DNA of 31,159 nucleotides from Elainellaceae cyanobacterium (GTDB lineage Bacteria; Cyanobacteriota; Cyanobacteriia; CAZCXK01): NCBI GenBank assembly GCA_051117555.1, contig JBNPEG010000189.1, positions 1 to 31,159 of the forward strand, read 5' to 3'. Shown piece by piece: positions 27,200 to 31,159 of this stretch (position 1 is its first letter; each line of letters starts with the position of its first letter). The notes under the pieces were generated by a model. It saw only the letters and a program-made list of their open reading frames with translations, ran no database searches and was not told where the DNA came from. The position numbers and the translations under genes were made by a program.

Positions 27200-27898
27200 T
27201 TAGGAGACTGATGCAGGCATAGTCATAGATAGACCCTGAACTTGCGATAGGATTTCTTCAGTGGACGTGATGCATGCATAGGTGTGCCGCATGGCTTCCA
27301 GAGAATCTTGATGCAAGTCTGGGTGAACGGTCGCTGCACCATCTTCAGGGATATACACGAGATACCCCTGGTCAGCCGCCACCCGGGCCGCAGTTTCTAC
27401 GCATTCATTGGTGAGAACGCCAACCATCACTAGTTGAGTCATACCCAGGTTTCGTAAAACATAGTCTAGATTGGTGCAGCTAAAGACCCCCGATGCTGTC
27501 TTGGGAATGACGATTTCGTCTCCTTGAGGGGCAACCGCAGGCAAAAACTCTGCTTCTTTAGAACCGGGTGCTGCATGCAACCCCAGCCGTTTGTGTTCAA
27601 GACTGCGATCGCGCCCATCCTGAGTTAATGACTGGATGCGGGTATGAATCACCTCCTGCTCTGCGCTCCGAAATCCATCCTGAAATCTCCGCACGTTTGG
27701 CACTACTGTATGGTCTAAGCGGTCAAAATAGTAGGCGAGATCTGGCTCTAAACCAGCCGGCAGATTGGCAAAACAACCATGCCCATAGGCGGCATCAAGA
27801 TACTGGATATCGATGCAGAGGAGCGCAACACGACCGTCTTGGAGGGACGGAAACTCCCTGCCGTCATACAGTCTCTTCAGTGGATTTTTGCTAGACAT
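27200..27898 (-). CDS. Isochorismatase-like cysteine hydrolase (amidase)
   Basis: Catalytic triad motifs ALLCIDIQ (Asp), IPKTASGVF (Lys) and GVLTNECVE (Cys). Start at ATG 27898 (MSSKNPL). Confidence 0.9.
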   Translation of the reverse strand: MSSKNPLKRLYDGREFPSLQDGRVALLCIDIQYLDAAYGHGCFANLPAGLEPDLAYYFDRLDHTVVPNVRRFQDGFRSAEQEVIHTRIQSLTQDGRDRSLEHKRLGLHAAPGSKEAEFLPAVAPQGDEIVIPKTASGVFSCTNLDYVLRNLGMTQLVMVGVLTNECVETAARVAADQGYLVYIPEDGAATVHPDLHQDSLEAMRHTYACITSTEEILSQVQGLSMTMPASVS

Positions 27899-27908
27899 GG
27901 GCAACCAC

Positions 27909-28157
27909 CTACCACACCGAACCACTTTTCATCTCGTTAAACCAGACTGCCAAAATGCATAACGTGGCAACAGTCAGTGCGGCAATGCTGCCGTAGACAA
28001 AGATATTGAAGATGCCAAGCGATGAAAGCAAATCGGGTGCGGTTGATTCAGTTTCGGTGGCGATCGCCATCTTTGCCAACATCTGTACAAAGACAACAGC
28101 AAAGAAGGCAGACACAATCCACACCCAGAATTTGCGAAATAGGGTTGGTCGAATCAT
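27909..28157 (-). CDS. Small two-TM membrane protein (82 aa)
   Basis: ATG 28157 preceded by GAGGA, two hydrophobic helices, C-terminus WFNEMKSGSVW. The longer ORF start lies within the REP-like repeat. Confidence 0.72.
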   Translation of the reverse strand: MIRPTLFRKFWVWIVSAFFAVVFVQMLAKMAIATETESTAPDLLSSLGIFNIFVYGSIAALTVATLCILAVWFNEMKSGSVW

Positions 28158-28192
28158 CAGATTTTCCTCATAGATTTCAGCAAGTAGCAGAA

Positions 28193-28258
28193 GTAGGGTG
28201 CTGTATAGCCTTTCAGGCATGGCTACGCTAAAGCGTCAGCGTAACGCACCATTATGGC
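28193..28258 (+). repeat. Dispersed REP-like element, copy 2 (with 5' GTAG)
   Basis: GTAGGGTGCTGTATAGCCTTTCAGGCATGGCTACGCTAAAGCGTCAGCGTAACGCACCATTATGGC; 63/64 identical to the reverse complement of 18350..18413. Confidence 0.9.
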
Positions 28259-28284
28259 AGAAGGCAGAAGGCAGAAGGCAAAAG
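28257..28284. repeat. STRR-like heptamer array (GCAGAAG)x4
   Basis: GCAGAAG x3 + GCAAAAG. A further GCAGAAG lies on the other side of the element (28187-28193). Confidence 0.85.
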
Positions 28285-28289
28285 ACTTC

Positions 28290-29753
28290 TTACATCGATG
28301 CACCGACTTGTACCTGCTCCGATGCGGGTACTTCCTCTTCAGCCAACGTCTGCCAGTCAAAGTTTTCGGGCTGGAGGTGAGTCCACACCGCCATAATAAT
28401 GGCGGAAATCGCAGCAGATAACAGTGCTGCACAATAAGGTGCGATCGCAAAATAGGCCGTCAAGCCAATCACCGAACCCGCAAGCATCGCTGTGAATGCC
28501 GCCTTGCGATTGGCACTCTTCCAATACAATCCATAAGCGATCGGCCAAATCGTCGAACCAACCAGTGCCCCTGTCAGCAGCAGTAGTCCATACATGGTCG
28601 TGACATAGTTCCACGAGAGCGCGATCGTCAAGACTCCTAGCAAAATGACAATACTTCTCGCAGCTCTCTGGAGTTGCTGATCCGTTGCACGCGGATTAAT
28701 CATCTGGCGATAGACATCTTCTGCGATTAGGTCTGCCGTTGATGCTAGGAGAGAATCTAGAGTAGACGCTAACGATGAGAAAATAATCAGAAACACCAGC
28801 ACCGCTCCCCCTGACCCTAGCAACTGAGCCGCCACAATTGGAAACACCATGTTGACCTGAGGCACGGCAAAATCTTGAGCTAAAGCAACCAAGGCAATGG
28901 AGCCAGTCACAACGGGAACTGCCATCCAAGCAACACCGCTAAAGATAAAGGATCGAAAGATCACGTTCTCCCGGCTAGAGAAAATCCGTGACCACCAAAT
29001 ATTGCCCTGAAAGATTTCACCCATGCTAAAAAGCCCAGTGTTCCAAGCAAAGAGGAGACCCGCGGGAAGCAGAAAATTGAGGCGATCCGGTGCGACTTCG
29101 GTCAAGTTAGTGTATACGTCTGCTGTCCCGTACTTGGCGTATGCAAGCACGGCCACGACTACCAAAATCGCCATAATAATCATGGACTGAATAAAGTCGG
29201 TTCCAACGACAGCTCTCATTCCTCCAAATAGGGTATAAATCGTCGAAACAGTAATGACGGTGACCATCCCCACTCGGTAGTCAATGCCAGACAAGGCTTC
29301 GAGCAGCAATCCAGCGCCCATTCCCTGAGTAATCAGGAATCCTAAAGTATAGGTGAACGTGATCACCAAAAATAAATACCAGGCAGCACGCCCATAGCGC
29401 AGACGGATAAAATCACCGCTCGTATGCCCCGACGGCAGCAATCGCTTGATGCGAATGGCTAGAGGGGCAAAAAACAGTAGCCCCAAGCCTGCTAAGGCAT
29501 AGCCAATCATGCCCCAAATTCCTAGGGTGTAGCCCATTTCAGGAGCAGAGAGGGTCGTATTTCCAGTCACCCAGGATGCCATGAGAGTCGCCGTTGTGAG
29601 CGCTAGACCGATGTTGCGTCCGGCAAACATATATTCATCGGAACTATCTCCGCTCTTGCGCCCCCACCAAAAGCCTAAAACGACCCAAAGGATTGAAAAC
29701 GCACCTAGCAAAAACCAGGCAATAGTTGGATTTAGAAAGGGTTGTCCTTCCAT
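28290..29753 (-). CDS. Sodium:solute symporter (SSS/SLC5) family transporter, DUR3/urea-transporter-like
   Basis: About 13 TM helices; YMFAGRNIG, ASWVTGNT, IYTLFGGMRAVVGTDFIQ, SSLASTLDSLL. ATG 29753 with RBS AGGGGAG. Confidence 0.9.
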   Translation of the reverse strand: MEGQPFLNPTIAWFLLGAFSILWVVLGFWWGRKSGDSSDEYMFAGRNIGLALTTATLMASWVTGNTTLSAPEMGYTLGIWGMIGYALAGLGLLFFAPLAIRIKRLLPSGHTSGDFIRLRYGRAAWYLFLVITFTYTLGFLITQGMGAGLLLEALSGIDYRVGMVTVITVSTIYTLFGGMRAVVGTDFIQSMIIMAILVVVAVLAYAKYGTADVYTNLTEVAPDRLNFLLPAGLLFAWNTGLFSMGEIFQGNIWWSRIFSSRENVIFRSFIFSGVAWMAVPVVTGSIALVALAQDFAVPQVNMVFPIVAAQLLGSGGAVLVFLIIFSSLASTLDSLLASTADLIAEDVYRQMINPRATDQQLQRAARSIVILLGVLTIALSWNYVTTMYGLLLLTGALVGSTIWPIAYGLYWKSANRKAAFTAMLAGSVIGLTAYFAIAPYCAALLSAAISAIIMAVWTHLQPENFDWQTLAEEEVPASEQVQVGASM

Positions 29754-30006
29754 ATCGTTTAACTCCCCTTTGATATGAACTAAGTTGATATAAAATGAGC
29801 AGGGCGATCGCCCTGATTGACTAACAAATCTTCTCGTGCAGGCTGGGTCGAACACCGTATTCGCAAGCGCTTCCAACGGAGAAAACCCAATGCCAGCGCA
29901 TACTTTAGATATTCGATATTGGAGGTGTGCTACTGCTCTAGAAAAGCCATGCCCAGAGGACTATGCACAACCTACGAAAATCAGAGTTGTGAGAGGGTCG
30001 CCATCC

Positions 30007-30114
30007 AATGATTCAAATAACGATTCAAACAACGATTCAAACGATGAAATTAAGTCTCTTTAAGCCCGATCAAGCCCGAATCAAGCCCCAATCAATCTCA
30101 ATTAAGTCCGATCA
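30007..30114. repeat. Two short degenerate tandem arrays: (AACGATTCAAAC)x3 and ~10-11-bp AAGCCCGA(A)TC-like units
   Basis: 12-bp units at 30007-30042; 30061-30114 reads TAAGCCCGAT CAAGCCCGAAT CAAGCCCCAAT... Confidence 0.7.
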
Positions 30115-30908
30115 AATGGATCTCGTCCTTGCCAATAAAAGTGCCCTTTTAGAATCAGAATTAGAGTAGCAAAGGTGACAATTCCACCAATACAAAAAAT
30201 AAGAATTGCGAGTTGAAATTCAGACATTTATCGAATAACTCCAATGGTTAAGGAACGGATGAATCTATGTCCGCAGGTAACTTTGGTTAGACACATTCTC
30301 TCAGGGAGCATCCCAATTAGAATCCTTCGTATCCCGGTGATGAAATGTATGGCGATCGCTTATGATGGCTTTGCCTGAGTCATTGCGAGCAGCGTGAAGC
30401 ACTCTCTAAGTCGCATATTCAAGATGGCCCCGAAATTACGACCTTTTGGGCATTGCACGCCTTTGAGCTTATTCTTAAACGTCAAAGGAAATACCAATAG
30501 CAGACAAAACAAGATGATTAAATGAGAACTGATGTTCAGCGATCGCCCATTAAGACGTTGCTAAATATATCAAAACGAGAGCGAACCTTGTGTTACCCAG
30601 TACCTTATCACTCGACAAAATTAAAAGCGTAAAATCAGCTACGTTATGGAATTGAATTAATGCGATCGCGCCAACACCTCAACAAACCCCAACTTTCCCT
30701 GAATAGATCAATCCCAGATGAGTTGTGACGTCAAATCAGCCACGTTAGATATATCAGGCTAATCATAATAGTCTCTTTGAAAACCCTCAAGCTACTACGA
30801 CAAGACTCTCAAAACTCGATTCTGCATATTGGCTTGGATGCGACGTTGCTAGCGTCCTAACGCGAGAGCGTAAAGCTATAGTATTGCCGTTTGTTCGTAC
30901 TTGACTCG

Positions 30909-31002
30909 TTGCGCACCCGTCATTGCGCACCCGTCATTGCGCACCCGTCATTGCGCACCCGTCATTGCGCACCCGTCATTGCGCACCCGTCATTGCGCAC
31001 CC
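30909..31002. repeat. Perfect 14-bp tandem repeat (TTGCGCACCCGTCA)x6.7
   Basis: Units start at 30909, 30923, 30937, 30951, 30965, 30979 and 30993 (partial). Confidence 0.97.
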
Positions 31003-31159
31003 TGTGAAGCATCTCTAAATGCCAGATTCAGAAATACCCCAGGCGATCGCGTCGTAGTATCGTACGTTATGCTTGAATGAGTTCGCAGCTCAAAGAATCA
31101 CAGTTCTCTGTTCTCATCCTCAATGCCCCCTATCTCATGACGGCCCAACTCTCACTTCC

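Larger units (their letters stand above)
4599..31050. repeat. HIP1 octamer (GCGATCGC) dispersed in dozens of copies
   Basis: First copy seen at 4599, last near 31043; often extended to GGCGATCGCC. A hallmark of cyanobacterial genomes. Confidence 0.95.

Noticed and set aside
29817..30063. Short + strand ORFs, including one with an SNND repeat
   Set aside because: No RBS or recognisable motif; the repeat peptide merely reflects the 12-bp array.
30248..30262. Possible second ISAzo13 end (AGGAACGG)
   Set aside because: Only an 8-bp match to the inverted IS end, with no transposase remnant nearby.
30166..30290. NtcA boxes (GTAGCAAAGGTGAC at 30166; GTAACTTTGGTTAG near 30277)
   Set aside because: Each has a mismatch to GTA-N8-TAC, and the one checked (30166) has no properly spaced -10 box. 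Expected by chance.
30255..30330. Guanidine-I (ykkC) riboswitch upstream of the SSS operon (minus-strand ATTCTA...GAGAGAAT)
   Set aside because: It lacks the conserved CTAGGGTTCCG, GGTCCGAG and CGGCGGGAYAAAAGCCCGGGAG elements; the resemblance is superficial.

Overview
Cyanobacterial chromosomal DNA, judged from dozens of HIP1 octamers (GCGATCGC), STRR-type heptamer arrays and GTAG-REP-like hairpins. From left to right: the right end of an ISAzo13-like IS; a 41-bp tandem repeat overlapping the stop of a NYN-LOTUS nuclease gene; a GNAT acetyltransferase; a small conserved cyanobacterial protein; and an RTX Ca2+-binding repeat protein heading a ~15-kb glycosylation locus (TPR-GT61, TPR-methyltransferase, a 2123-aa TPR-GT2-2xCgeB-like GT, two more methyltransferases, two paralogous GT2s). 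Next come an alpha/beta hydrolase, an 18 x 21-bp higher-order tandem array with an open heptad ORF, and a 662-aa membrane-anchored protein. A decayed patch follows (TPR and ferritin-like remnants that both break at HIP1 sites, flanking a 145-bp inverted-repeat element), then a plasmid-type 'FinO-like' small gene, a Cache-HAMP-3xPAS histidine kinase with an acidic VNTR, and an SSS transporter / small membrane protein / cysteine hydrolase operon with a long, possibly structured leader. The best candidate for an undescribed system is the RTX plus TPR-scaffolded glycosyl/methyltransferase locus, a putative protein-directed methylated-glycan assembly line. All family calls come from motif recognition by eye; no database search was run.
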